Origin: an uncultured delta proteobacterium | GTDB taxonomy: Bacteria; Myxococcota_A; Polyangia; Fen-1088 | DNA length: 64,000 nt | Assembly (NCBI GenBank): GCA_963796685.1 | Contig: CAWCMR010000006.1 | Coordinates: 160,001 to 224,000 of the forward strand | Reading direction: 5' to 3' | Shown here: piece by piece, positions 42,239 to 52,700 of the stretch | Position numbering within the stretch: the first letter of the stretch is position 1 | How the letters are laid out: the number at the start of each line of letters is the position of its first letter | The notes under the pieces: generated by a model | Told to the model about the DNA's origin: nothing | Databases searched by the model: none | Seen by the model: only the letters and a program-made list of their open reading frames with translations | Made by a program: the position numbers and the translations under genes

Positions 42239-43411
42239 ATGCGCAACCTTTTCGCCATTGCAATAACCGCAACAACCCTCGGCGTGCTGCCGCTGGCGCC
42301 TAGCGCCGCGCATGCTGAGTCGGACGACCCGACCACAAGCGCCCTGAAGCAGACAGCGCAGCAGGCCTATCTCGAAAAGCGCTTTGACCAGGCCATCGCC
42401 CTCGACCTCGAAATCACGCAACACCCCGAGAGCCAAGTGCGCCGCTACGCCGTGCAGATGTTGGGGACGCTGTACGAAGACAACGTCGTCGATGTCGCCG
42501 CCGCTATTCGCTGGGATCGGGAATTCCTGGAGAAGTACGCCGATGTGCGCCAGGTAGCCTTCTACCGGCAGAAGATCGCCACGCTCGAGCAGGTGCTTCC
42601 GCAGAAGGACGCCTTCGCAACTTACCAAAAGATTCGCTTCGCCAACCAGGGCGACGAGGTGCAGGTGCAGCAGCTCGAGGCCCTGCTGAAGGAACATCCC
42701 GACTTCTTCCTCAAGGACAGGGTCCAGGCGGAGCTGGGCTACGCCTACGCCCGCATGGACAAGCACAAGCAGAGTTATCTCGCGTTCCAGGCGCTGTCAC
42801 AGAGCGGAAAGCCAATGTCGGCCGAGCACATGAAGGCCTACCAGGCGGCCGCCCTGCATTTCAACGAGACCTCGCGCTGGGGCTTCGTCGTGTTGGGCAT
42901 CGTGCTCGGGCTGTGGGGCGTGGTGCTCCTCGGCAAGCCGTGGAGGCGGATCACCCGACGCGCGCTCTGGAAGCTTCTCGCCATTGCTTTGGCCTGGGTT
43001 GCGCTGAACGTGGCCCGCATGCCAGGCTTCTACACCATCGAGACAACGGGCTATCCGGTCGTCATTCCCGACACAGTCGTCTACACAGGCATCGCGCTCA
43101 ACCTGACCGTTATCGTGTGGCTCTTCCTATTGAGACGTGGATCGTTCTGGGGGCGCTGGCCGAAGATCGTGCGCCTCGTCGCCAGCCCGCTTCTCGTGGT
43201 CGTGATGACCACGTCCGTCCTCTATCTGCTCGTGATCCGGCAGCCGAACGGGCCGGAGATCGTCGACGTCTTCCCCATGGTGTACCATCGCTGGGTCGAG
43301 GATATGAGACGCCCCAAAGGTCCGGTCGTGCCCAGCGCCGAAGCGCACGAGAAGAAAGCCGTGGGCGGCCCGCCGACCGTACCGGCCATCGCACATAAGG
43401 GGGAACCATGA
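42239..43411 (+). CDS. Secreted TPR-like domain followed by four TM helices; unknown function
   Basis: Signal peptide (AHA), alpha-helical TPR-like repeats, four hydrophobic segments. Stop overlaps the next ATG (ATGA). Confidence 0.8.
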   Translation: MRNLFAIAITATTLGVLPLAPSAAHAESDDPTTSALKQTAQQAYLEKRFDQAIALDLEITQHPESQVRRYAVQMLGTLYEDNVVDVAAAIRWDREFLEKYADVRQVAFYRQKIATLEQVLPQKDAFATYQKIRFANQGDEVQVQQLEALLKEHPDFFLKDRVQAELGYAYARMDKHKQSYLAFQALSQSGKPMSAEHMKAYQAAALHFNETSRWGFVVLGIVLGLWGVVLLGKPWRRITRRALWKLLAIALAWVALNVARMPGFYTIETTGYPVVIPDTVVYTGIALNLTVIVWLFLLRRGSFWGRWPKIVRLVASPLLVVVMTTSVLYLLVIRQPNGPEIVDVFPMVYHRWVEDMRRPKGPVVPSAEAHEKKAVGGPPTVPAIAHKGEP

Positions 43412-43620
43412 CGGGAAAAATCCTGAAAGTGAAGACCGGCTACAACCCGAACTCCAGCAGCATCGGGGTCGACATGGTCGCCTTCTTCACCATTGGTGCG
43501 GGAATGACGGTGCTCTTCAACCTTATCGCGACCTTCATTGACGGCATCCACGGCAAGCAGCGACCGGGCGAGGCCGAGCAAGGCAAGACGGAAGCGACGA
43601 CGGAGGCGAAACCGGCATGA
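43408..43620 (+). CDS. 70-aa membrane-anchored peptide with KILKVKTGYNPNSSS motif; candidate radical SAM substrate
   Basis: AAGGGGGA RBS, ATGA overlaps on both sides, GC3-rich codons, one hydrophobic segment after the NSSS motif. Confidence 0.75.
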   Translation: MTGKILKVKTGYNPNSSSIGVDMVAFFTIGAGMTVLFNLIATFIDGIHGKQRPGEAEQGKTEATTEAKPA

Positions 43621-44771
43621 GCGCGATCCGACATCGCTTCGAGTCCTTCGGCGGCATCCTGGCCATGGAAGATCCGCCGATGCTCGTACACGTGGACCGC
43701 GACTTCATGCGCAGCCTGGGCCATTCGGCCTGCTCGGCCTGGGAAGAACCGGAGACGCGGCTCCTCAGCGCACCGCTGGAGGTTCACCTTGCGGTGACCA
43801 ACACCTGCTCGCAGCGCTGCGGCCACTGCTACATGGACTCGGGGCCAAGCGACGCTGGCGAGCTGTCGTCGGCGGAGCTCCGGCGAGCCATCGACCTGCT
43901 CGCGGACATGGGCGTGTTCCACGTTGCGCTCGGGGGCGGAGAGGCCCTGGAGCGGCCCGACTTCTTCGAGCTCGCCGCCTATGCGCGCGACCGCGGCATG
44001 GTCCCCAACTTGACCACCAATGGAGCTCTTCTGACCCGCGAGACGGCCGAGCGATGCCGTATCTTTGGTCAGGTCAACGTCAGCATCGACTCCCTCGATT
44101 CCCTCGATGGGGGCGCGCAGGCCGCGCGGCTCCGCGCGGTGGACCTTTTGCGGGAAGCTGGGATCCGCGTCGGGATCAATTGCGTCGTGACCCGAGAAGG
44201 CCTCGATGGCCTGGCGAACCTCATCGCGTTCGCGAAGGAGCGAGGGCTTGTCGACGTGGAGCTCCTCCGGCTCAAGCCCTCGGGCCGCGGGAAAAAGGAC
44301 TACTTCGAGCAGCGACTGACCCGGGCTCAGAACGAGAATTTCTTCCCGTTCATCCGGGACCTGTCCTTGAAGCACGGCGGCTTCCCGGTGAAGATCGACT
44401 GTTCGTTCGTTCCGATGTTCTGCTGGCACCGACCGGACAAGAGCCTCATGGAAAAGTTCTCGGTCTACGGGTGCGAGGCCGGCAATGTCCTTCTCGGGGT
44501 GCGTTCCGACGGCAGGTTTGCCGGCTGCTCCTTTCTGTCGGGCGAGGAATCCATCTTCGACTTGCCGGAGCTTTGGCGGACCTCGAAGCACCTCGGCCGC
44601 CTGCGTGGCTTCATCGAGCGCGCGCCGGAGCCGTGTCGCTCCTGCGACTACTTGGATATCTGCAAGGGGGGCTGCCGCGCGGTGGCCGCCTTCGTCGCTG
44701 GCGATGCCTTCGCTCCGGATCCCGAGTGTCCGTTCGCGGTGACGATGAGCGAGCGCAGCGTGGGATCGTGA
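43617..44771 (+). CDS. Radical SAM protein with SPASM domain
   Basis: CSQRCGHC (CxxxCxxC), GGGE, TTNG, VSID; SPASM CEAG...C then CxxCxxxxxCxGGC...C. Confidence 0.95.
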   Translation: MSAIRHRFESFGGILAMEDPPMLVHVDRDFMRSLGHSACSAWEEPETRLLSAPLEVHLAVTNTCSQRCGHCYMDSGPSDAGELSSAELRRAIDLLADMGVFHVALGGGEALERPDFFELAAYARDRGMVPNLTTNGALLTRETAERCRIFGQVNVSIDSLDSLDGGAQAARLRAVDLLREAGIRVGINCVVTREGLDGLANLIAFAKERGLVDVELLRLKPSGRGKKDYFEQRLTRAQNENFFPFIRDLSLKHGGFPVKIDCSFVPMFCWHRPDKSLMEKFSVYGCEAGNVLLGVRSDGRFAGCSFLSGEESIFDLPELWRTSKHLGRLRGFIERAPEPCRSCDYLDICKGGCRAVAAFVAGDAFAPDPECPFAVTMSERSVGS

Positions 44772-44773
44772 GC

Positions 44774-46039
44774 ATGCGCAGACGACTGGTTGCGGCCTTT
44801 CTGGCAGCGGTAGCGCTGACGGGAGGCGCGCCAGCATTCGCACACGATTTGCCGATGGGAGGATCGCGCTGGTCCTTCGGTCGGAACCGGATCGTCGCCA
44901 ACATCGACCTCGGCCCCTCGCTGCTGCAGTCGATCAAGGGCATCCATGAGGGGGGCTATCCAGTCGGCAGCCTGTCGGACGAGCAGATGCACCAAGTGGC
45001 GATCGAAATCCTCCAGCCGTATCTCGATGAGAAGCTGTCGGTCACCGAGGACGGCAAGGCGTACCCGGTGAAGGTCGATAGGCTGGTGAATAGCGGGAAC
45101 GTCTACACGATCTGGATCTCGGTCGAGCGGATCCCGCTCGACCTTGGGCGGCCCGTCACCATCGATTACAAGCTGCTCTTCGACGAGACCCAGAACGCGC
45201 ACCTGAACCTCGCCTACGGATACGTGTCCGAAGCCACCGGAGACGCTCTGAAGTCGGTGTTCGACTACTCACCACCCGCGATGCAGTACACGTTCGAGTC
45301 GTCCGCGCACACTTGGACGGTGATCCCGCCGGACATTGCAAAGACCGGGGCGGCGAGCACTGCTATCCCGTCGAGAGGTCGGCCCAGCGTCACGCTGCCC
45401 GGAGCAAAGGCGGGCACGTCGGCGACCGCGCAGGCGCCGACGCCGATATCGCCTCGCTCGGGGTGGAGGGAGATCCTCGCCAATGTCGGACGCTTCGTGC
45501 TGCTCGGCATCGAGCACATCCTGACCGGGTACGACCACATCGCATTCCTCTTGGCGCTCGTGCTCGTCGCGCCGTCGTTCAAGGCCGTCCTGCCCATCAT
45601 CACCGCCTTCACGGCAGCCCACAGCATCACGCTGCTGTTGGCGGCCCTGGGCGTGGTCAGGCTTGATTCCAGGCTGGTCGAGTCGGCCATCGCGGTCTCC
45701 ATCTGCTACGTCGCCGTCGAAAACCTGTTTCGGAAGAAAATCACACACCGTTGGCTCGTGACTTTCTGCTTCGGGCTCGTCCACGGCTTCGGGTTCGCGA
45801 GCGTCCTGCAGACCCTGATCGTCGGCAGGGCGAATCTCGTCAGCTCGGTCGTCTCGTTCAACGTCGGCGTGGAGCTCGGGCAGCTCATGATCTTCGCCGC
45901 GTTGCTCCCATTGCTGCGCCTCCTCGCCGCGCTCATCGCGCCCCGGAAGATCACCATCGCCGCCTCGGCCGCCATCGGCCTGCTGGGCTTCATCTGGGTC
46001 CTCGAGCGGGGCTTCGACTTGAAGTTCCTGTGGCTGTGA
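44774..46039 (+). CDS. HupE/UreJ-family membrane protein with N-terminal periplasmic domain
   Basis: Signal ending AFA-H; GIEHILTGYDHIAFL, TAFTAAHSITL, VESAIA.SI, FGLVHGFGFA, FNVGVELGQ. Alternative GTG start at 44768 overlaps the rSAM stop. Confidence 0.9.
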   Translation: MRRRLVAAFLAAVALTGGAPAFAHDLPMGGSRWSFGRNRIVANIDLGPSLLQSIKGIHEGGYPVGSLSDEQMHQVAIEILQPYLDEKLSVTEDGKAYPVKVDRLVNSGNVYTIWISVERIPLDLGRPVTIDYKLLFDETQNAHLNLAYGYVSEATGDALKSVFDYSPPAMQYTFESSAHTWTVIPPDIAKTGAASTAIPSRGRPSVTLPGAKAGTSATAQAPTPISPRSGWREILANVGRFVLLGIEHILTGYDHIAFLLALVLVAPSFKAVLPIITAFTAAHSITLLLAALGVVRLDSRLVESAIAVSICYVAVENLFRKKITHRWLVTFCFGLVHGFGFASVLQTLIVGRANLVSSVVSFNVGVELGQLMIFAALLPLLRLLAALIAPRKITIAASAAIGLLGFIWVLERGFDLKFLWL

Positions 46040-46082
46040 GCTGGCGATCGACATCTGCTGTTTATCTGATATGCTCATTGGC

Positions 46083-46538
46083 ATGAGCGCTCACGCCGAA
46101 ACCCTGACCGACTTTCTCCGCCAGCCGAAGCCTATCCTGAAGAAGCTGGCTAGGGAGGATGTTGTCCTGCACCGGCGTGGGGCTGTGGCCCTCCGTCTAT
46201 CCTTGGACACACGATCCTCCGCATCTTCTGCAGGCACCGAGATTGCGGCCAGTCTGCTTGCGGACCTGGTGAATGTTCCTCAGGTTCCGGATTCCCTGGG
46301 CATCCTCCTGGCAGCCCGCTTCCCTTGGATGAAGTTTCTATCCAAGGACGCCAAGCAGGCGTTCGTGTACGAGTTCATCGAGACCGTGCAGGCGTGTGCC
46401 GCCGTTGGAAACAGCGCCGCACTGAACGAGGTCGTTCACGCCTGGAAATCCACGGCTGCGATCTATGCAGACCCCAAGCTGGCGGCGGACCTGAGCCGTT
46501 CCCTTCTCGGTACCCGGGCCAAGGTTCCACGTCCCTGA
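46083..46538 (+). CDS. Putative antitoxin (Phd-like N-terminus + DUF6247-like C-terminus)
   Basis: TDFLRQPK...DVVL.RR, FPW..FL......F..E, W..TA.IYADP. TGATG overlap with the next gene. Confidence 0.65.
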   Translation: MSAHAETLTDFLRQPKPILKKLAREDVVLHRRGAVALRLSLDTRSSASSAGTEIAASLLADLVNVPQVPDSLGILLAARFPWMKFLSKDAKQAFVYEFIETVQACAAVGNSAALNEVVHAWKSTAAIYADPKLAADLSRSLLGTRAKVPRP

Positions 46539-46888
46539 TGGCCAAGCGTGGCGAACGAGTGGCCCCGCCTCCGCGAAGGGGCGAATGGGAACTGCGGTTT
46601 GGTGAATCCGAAGCGGCAGCCGGGTGGGAAGAGCTGTGCCGTCAGGCACCAGGCCCCCTTCGTGAAGCCTGGGATGTTCTGTCCCGAGATCCTCGCGGCA
46701 GGACCAACCCCGACAGGCAGCATAGGTTGCGTAGCGACCTGGGCATCCGAACCATCAAGGGCAAGGTGCTTGAGCAGTGGCAATACGAGGTCACCGGCGC
46801 TGGAAGAATCTGGTACTGCCCGGATGATGCTCTCCACGTCGTGTTCATCACGAAGGCAAGCACTGGCCATCCCGGCGAGACCGACTGA
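46538..46888 (+). CDS. Putative RelE-like toxin
   Basis: KRG.RVAPPP...EWELRF....AA.GWEELC, RQHRLR, LEQWQYEVTG.GRIWY, GHP..TD; coupled to the upstream gene. Confidence 0.65.
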   Translation: MAKRGERVAPPPRRGEWELRFGESEAAAGWEELCRQAPGPLREAWDVLSRDPRGRTNPDRQHRLRSDLGIRTIKGKVLEQWQYEVTGAGRIWYCPDDALHVVFITKASTGHPGETD

Positions 46889-47098
46889 CGTCCGCAAAGG
46901 AACCACGATCGTCGTGACCCTCGCGCGCGTCGTCCGTGGCCCAGCAGGATCTCCTGGTCGATCCTCCGAGCTGAGAGTCGCCAGCTCCTCGGCGAGCTCT
47001 TCGATGTGAGCGTCTTGGGTGCGCGATTTCTCTAAATCCCTCTACCCAGGGCCCTCGATCCGGTACAGTCTCGGGAAACGGAAGGAAGTCGAAAGACC

Positions 47099-47929
47099 AT
47101 GCCCGCTATGTCAGCCTTTCCAAAAGGCTTCCACCATGTTCCGAAAGCCTTGGCTCAGTGCCGCCGGGCGCTCTGGCTGCTCCTTACGACCGGATGTGGC
47201 TTCCAGACCGCTCTCGACGTGCCCGGTACGGCCCCGTCGGTCAGCATGGGTGGGGCTGGTGGTGGCGGGCTTATAAGTTCCGGCGGAGCAATTCTCACGG
47301 GTGGTGTGGTAGGCACTGCGGGCGTTGTCGGCAACGGTGGGACGAGCGGCGAATCCGGAGGGACCGGTAGCTCCCCGGCGAGCAGCGGCTGCGCCATGGA
47401 CGCGAATCATCCCGGCTACCTCCACTGCGGCCCGTGGAACGGTTACGCCTGGGCTCTCGCCACAGAGCCCGACCAGGGCAGCAGTATATCTCCCTCCAAT
47501 TTCGCGTCCGCTAGCGGGCTACCGTTTTGCGCCAGGGGGGTGCTGGCTCGTGATGACAGCGCGGTCGGTTTGCTCGGCTTCAATGTCAATCAAAGCATGA
47601 ACGGGGACGTGAATCAGTCCCCGGGAACATGGGCGGTCACTGGCAAGGGCCTCAAGTATGAGGTCAGCAATCCAGGGGGCTCGCCGCTCAGAATTCAAAT
47701 CCAAGGCGCGAAGGGCTGGCCTGACGAAACCTGGTGCGCGGACATCTCCGGCTCATCAAGCAGCGGCTCTGTCCCCTGGTCGACCTTCAACACAATGTGC
47801 TGGGCGCCCAGCGGACCCCCAGGTTATGACGGCCAGACCCCACTCGAACAAGTCATGCTTCTGGTTCCCGGAATCAATGGGACCGAACAACCATTCAACG
47901 TCTGCCTCATCGGTCTTTACCCCTACTGA
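47099..47929 (+). CDS. Myxobacterial-type lipoprotein with Gly/Thr linker and Cys-containing beta domain
   Basis: LLLTTGC lipobox, Gly-rich linker, W.GYAW, LR.QIQ, WC, PW..FNT.CW. Start uncertain. Confidence 0.7.
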   Translation: MPAMSAFPKGFHHVPKALAQCRRALWLLLTTGCGFQTALDVPGTAPSVSMGGAGGGGLISSGGAILTGGVVGTAGVVGNGGTSGESGGTGSSPASSGCAMDANHPGYLHCGPWNGYAWALATEPDQGSSISPSNFASASGLPFCARGVLARDDSAVGLLGFNVNQSMNGDVNQSPGTWAVTGKGLKYEVSNPGGSPLRIQIQGAKGWPDETWCADISGSSSSGSVPWSTFNTMCWAPSGPPGYDGQTPLEQVMLLVPGINGTEQPFNVCLIGLYPY

Positions 47930-48218
47930 CGCGGTCGCCAGCCACGGACCGAAGCCCGTGCGATGTGCAAGCACGACGTTCGGCCCGGGGCGCGAGGCAC
48001 GGGCAGCCTTCATCTTCTTCGCCCATTTGGCGACGTCGTGTACTTCTTCGTGGTGAAGGTGTCGTACACGGCTTGGGCCAGCTTGGCTATAGTCTCCTCG
48101 CGCGTTCGGCAAAGAGAAGCGGCCAACGTCGTTGGCGGCGTCGGTTCTGCTGTCTTGGGTGCGCGAGCTTCCGCTCTTGGGTTTGCAGCGATTCCTGAAT
48201 GGGGCCATCATCATCCAC

Positions 48219-48872
48219 ATGGTCGCAGGGCTCTGCATCGTGCTCTCGTGCGTATTCGCGCTTAGCTCGTGCCATTCCGAAGGACTGAGAGTGCCGACCG
48301 CTCACGACGCCGGCTTGGGTACCAACGCCAACGGCGGCCAGGCGGGTCACGTTGGCCTGACCGCGAGCGATGCGAGCGCGAGCGGCGGGACCACGCGCGA
48401 CACCAGCGGGAGCGGCGGGATCACGAGCGATGCGAGCGCGAGCGGCGGCATCACGCGCGACGCCAGCGGCCGCGTGAACGTCACCTTCAACTACTCGCCC
48501 CCTTCCTTCATCGGCGTTGATTGCACGGAAAACTCGCCACGCGACCCGGTGGATGTCGGTCTCAACGTCGTCTTCAGTCCCCCCGAAGGGGAATCGCCCG
48601 ATTCGGTCACCTTCCCAGCGGCGCGCATCGAGTTCACGAACACGTCGAACGCATTGACCTGGACTTTCGAGGTCATGACCGAGCCTCTCATAGTGGGCCC
48701 GCCGCTCGTGGACAAAAGCCTGTGGAAGGTTGCCGACTCGGGCTTGGGTCAAGGGAGCGGCGTTCCGTGCGACTACTGCGACACCATGGCCGAGCTCGAT
48801 TTGCAAGTGGTGAGTCCCGCCCAGACTCCCTATTGGGCGACGGGATTGTCGCCGGTGCAGTGTCAGAGGTAG
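48219..48872 (+). CDS. Hypothetical lipoprotein with 10-aa tandem repeats
   Basis: ALSSC lipobox and SDASASGG repeats. Start uncertain (ORF open from 48132). Confidence 0.6.
   Translation: MVAGLCIVLSCVFALSSCHSEGLRVPTAHDAGLGTNANGGQAGHVGLTASDASASGGTTRDTSGSGGITSDASASGGITRDASGRVNVTFNYSPPSFIGVDCTENSPRDPVDVGLNVVFSPPEGESPDSVTFPAARIEFTNTSNALTWTFEVMTEPLIVGPPLVDKSLWKVADSGLGQGSGVPCDYCDTMAELDLQVVSPAQTPYWATGLSPVQCQR
48363..48471 (+). repeat. 30-bp degenerate tandem repeat (about 3.5 copies) within a lipoprotein linker
   Basis: Encodes ASDASASGGT/TRDTSGSGGI/TSDASASGGI/TRDASG. Confidence 0.8.
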
Positions 48873-49019
48873 GCGAGGATCGAGGAGGTATGAAGTCCTG
48901 GATCTCGGTGAGGCGCGTGGCAGATAGCCCGAAAGCCCGCACCGAAGCCGTTTTGCCGCGCCAGAGCGATTTCGCGCGGCACCCCCTAGCTCGGCAAAAG
49001 TGTGGCAAGCTAGGGAGCG

Positions 49020-49253
49020 ATGGCAACGTACGAGTGCATCTCTGTGGACCCGGCGCAGATGGGCGGTACTCCCCGTATCAGGCGCCTGTGTATCCCGGTG
49101 GCCACGGTCGTTGGAATGGCGGCTGAGGGAATGGCGACCGACGAGATTCTGGCCGCCTATCCCGACCTCGAACGCGAGGACATCGCCGAGTCCTTGCGCT
49201 ACGCAGCCGAGGCCGTCCGAGAACGAGACCTGCCACTTCGGACCGTCGCCTGA
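49020..49253 (+). CDS. DUF433-family antitoxin-like protein (no partner toxin seen)
   Basis: ISVDP..MGG.P.IR...IPV..V......G....EIL..YPDLE.EDI...L.YAA. GGGAG RBS. Confidence 0.88.
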   Translation: MATYECISVDPAQMGGTPRIRRLCIPVATVVGMAAEGMATDEILAAYPDLEREDIAESLRYAAEAVRERDLPLRTVA

Positions 49254-49352
49254 CATGAACTACCCTCGGAGAGGATCAGCTCCCCATCTCGGGAAACTCG
49301 CCACGCATCGATTCGGTGGGCAAGACGTTGATATGAAACCCTGCCCTGAAAA

Positions 49353-49410
49353 CACCTCGCCCCGCGCAGCGGGGAGAGGTCGCCGAGCGCAGCAAGGCGG
49401 GTGAGGGGCT
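49353..49410 (+). repeat. 58-bp REP-like palindromic element, copy 1
   Basis: CACCTCGCCCCGCGCAGCGGGGAGAGGTCG...CGGGTGAGGGGCT; a near-identical inverted copy lies at 54875-54932. Confidence 0.8.
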
Positions 49411-49744
49411 GCCACGTTTCATGCCTGAAGGATCCGGCCATTGGCCCGGTGGAGGCAGGAGCTCTTTGGTGTCCATGGTCGAGCATGTATTTCGCCCAAA
49501 CCCACCCTGCCGCCTTCCCCAGGCCCCCCGGTGCACCGCCCGTTCACGACTGCTGCCCACCCCGCCAGACCCTCCCCACCGGAAGGCGGGTCTTGGTCAG
49601 AATACAATGGCTTGCGTCGTCGACCTTCGCGAGCTTCTCGGCAGACACCCCAAACTCATAGGCTTGGTCCAAACTCGATGAGCACCCTCGTCCGAAGAAT
49701 CCCTCTCCCAAAAGACGGGCATATTCGGCACCATCTCCGGCATA

Positions 49745-52700
49745 TTGAGCGTCGCGTCGGCATTCGTCTCCCAGATCGGGGCACTGGCCGCCGTTCCCGC
49801 GTTTGTCAAGGTACTAGTGCCGGTGATCTGCGCAATACTCGCAGTCATCCTGGTGTGGTTCTCGCTGCCCTTGCCGTCGAGGCTCTTGCAGCCCGAACGC
49901 TTCCGTCTTTTGTCGCGCGTTCCGACAGATCTCGTTGGACGAGACGAGGACATCGAGAGACTGGTAAGGAACTGCAGCCAGCATGTTCTGACGTTCCTGG
50001 TCGGCGAATCAGGCGCCGGGAAAACCGCCCTCGTTCAAGCAGGTTTGGTTCCCGCGTTGTCTGGTCAACGCCAGAACGCCGCAGGAAACGCACGGTTTGT
50101 GCCTCTGAGCATCGACCTGTCCTCAGTTCCTTGGGAGCGTGGCCTGCATCAAGCTGTTGCAGACAGCCTATGCCGACTTGAGCAGCGAGATCTCGACAGT
50201 CTGAAAGCAACCGCTCCGGTGGGGAACTTCGACGCTTGGTCGTGGATCAGGGAGCTACCTGCTCGCACGCCCAAGCGCCTCCTTCTGATCTTCGACCAAT
50301 TTGATGACTACCTATCTGCGCACCGCGAGCGGTTCTATGAAGGCACAACACTCCGGCGCGCTTCGGAAATAGCAACAGACGGGGATTGGCGTGAGGTTCA
50401 GAGCCTACTCCGCGACGAGGAGATCCACCTCATCGTCATTGCCCGATCCGATGTCGGCGCCGCTCTTTCGGCGCTTCAATTTGTGGACGAGAGCAAGTTC
50501 ACCCATCAGGAGCTTCATTCAATCAAGACAGGCCTCATCTCACCGCTCCTTGAGCGAATAGCACTGGCACCCGACCAATCGCCTGTCATTGAGAATCCAG
50601 AGTTTGGGTGGATGGCACTGCAGCACCGAATTCTTCGGGACATTCAGGATGAACGCGGCGAGGTGCTTCCGATCCGACTGGCTGTGGCTCTCAGCGGTTT
50701 GCGCTTCACTCGTCGCCACCTGCTAACGCTGCGCGAATACGAACGACTCGGTGGGCTCAGCGGACTCGAGAAGCAGCATATTCAGCGTGTGGTCGAGTCG
50801 GCGGGCAGGGTGGCAAACATACCTAAGGATGATATCTTGGAAGGCATTAGGAGCCTATTGGTGGCTCCCGACGGCAACAAGGCAACTTCCTGTAGTAAGC
50901 AGGATTTTGCAACGGCCCTCCGCCAGCGGTCCGCATCGGGTTCTGCGGAAGAAGCCGTGAGGATCCTCCTTGAGGAACTAATGCTTCGCACCAGCGCCTC
51001 AAGCGACAAGGATGATCCCAGGCTCCTGCTGTACCACGACTACCTCGCACGTCCCCTGCGGGATGCTCAGGGTGAGGCAACGAAGTGGGACGACTTCGTC
51101 TGCAAGAGGAACCAACAGCTTGCAGACGCAACCGGGCTTGAATGGTGGCGTGCACTGCTTTCAATGGGCGAGCAGCTCAAGTTGGTCGGCCATATTCTGG
51201 CACGACGAGTATCGCTCACATCCGCCGGAAGCCTGATCGCCAAGAGCTTTCTTCGTTGGATTCCAGCCGGCATACTCGTTGCGCTTGCTGGTCTGGGCGC
51301 CTGGCAATACTCCGTCTACCGAAATCAAATGATGGTGAGGGAGACCATGAAGGCCATCGGGCACGGCGAGCTTACGGAGGAGGAGGCTCGCGATCTCAAG
51401 CACCTCTGGACTGGCGACAGAGGTCTGCTTACATTGGCCCTCCAACTCGCGGATGACGTCGTAGTGGCGAAGAGGGCAGCAACCCGCGCACAGTACATTG
51501 CCCAAGTCGCTGTGGGCCTCGACGTTACTGGCCGGAGGTCGGACAAGCTCGCCGAAAACATTCTGCTTCCTGCTCTGACAACAGGGAGACCCGGTCAAGT
51601 CCTGATGGCCTCGGCGATTGTGGCTTCAGACCAGCTACGGCTTCTCGATTCCACGTCAACCAAACTCGCGCAGGCCATCGTGGAGCAGTTGAAGGACGCT
51701 TCCCAGGACACCCTTCCTTCGTTGGTTAGTGCCCTCGGCAAGGTCCCGGCACGGATAGATGCCGACCGGTCTTTGATGACCACGAGCTCGCTACTCGATC
51801 GACTGCTGGCTGGAACGCCCTCACCAGAGGAGGATTTCAGGGTATCTGAGGCAGTCTCCGCGATTGCACCGCGGTTAGATTCCCCCACCGGTATTCAGAT
51901 CTTGAGCACCTATCTGCCCAGGTTGCTGGCGCAGAGGGATCCTGCGAGCATCTGTAGAACGGCGCAAGCATTGGCGAGAATCGCAACAGCGATTCCCGGA
52001 CGTGAGCGCGCACGACTCGCCCCGCCTGTTTGGGAGAGGGTCCGAGACGTGACGAACTGGCCGAATGTTGTTTCCTGTCTTGGTGTGCTGGCGACCACGC
52101 TGACCGCAGACGAGTCCAGCACGGACGCGTCTGAGATCGCTACGCAGTTGCTTGCGCGACTAGAAAGTGACGGCGACAGTCACACCCAATCCAGCTTGGC
52201 TGGCGCGGTTGCTTCTTTGAAACCGCATCTTGAGAGTCGGGAAGTCCTTCGCGCAGCCAGGGCCGTGTTGGGACGGATGCGACAGGAATCGAACACGCTT
52301 TTCGGTGGAGGCGCGTTGGAGGCGTTGTCGCGGTTGCTGAGCAACGACGACGCTCAGCGCCTTGCAGACGAAGTGCTTGAGCTGATGAAGACATTTCCGC
52401 CCAGCGATGCGCAGGCTATCCAGGATCTCGGTCGGACCTTGGTGGAACTGGCACCCCGCCTCGACAGCCAAGCCGATTTGCGGCTGGCAAGACAGCTCTT
52501 GACCCTGGCTGAGCGTGCGAACGAGCTACAGGCAACGTCATTTCTGATGCTCACGACTCAGCTCATTCCCAGTCTGGATGTCGCAAACGCCGCAGACTTG
52601 GCTCGTGATCTCCTAGCATGGACAACGGCCAGGAAGGAGCAAACATTCTTCTGGGAGGACACCGGGCGCGCGCTATGCCTCCTGTGCGAAAAGCTCAAGG

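Noticed and set aside
39278-42766. 1162-aa minus-strand ORF (and similar long antisense ORFs such as 1771-3492, 4841-6343, 15811-17895, 34109-36118)
   Set aside because: Mirror frames of well-supported genes in high-GC DNA; no motifs of their own.
49679-49681. Selenocysteine readthrough of the TGA upstream of the STAND NTPase
   Set aside because: No redox motif context and no convincing SECIS hairpin; a nonsense change or a downstream start is simpler.
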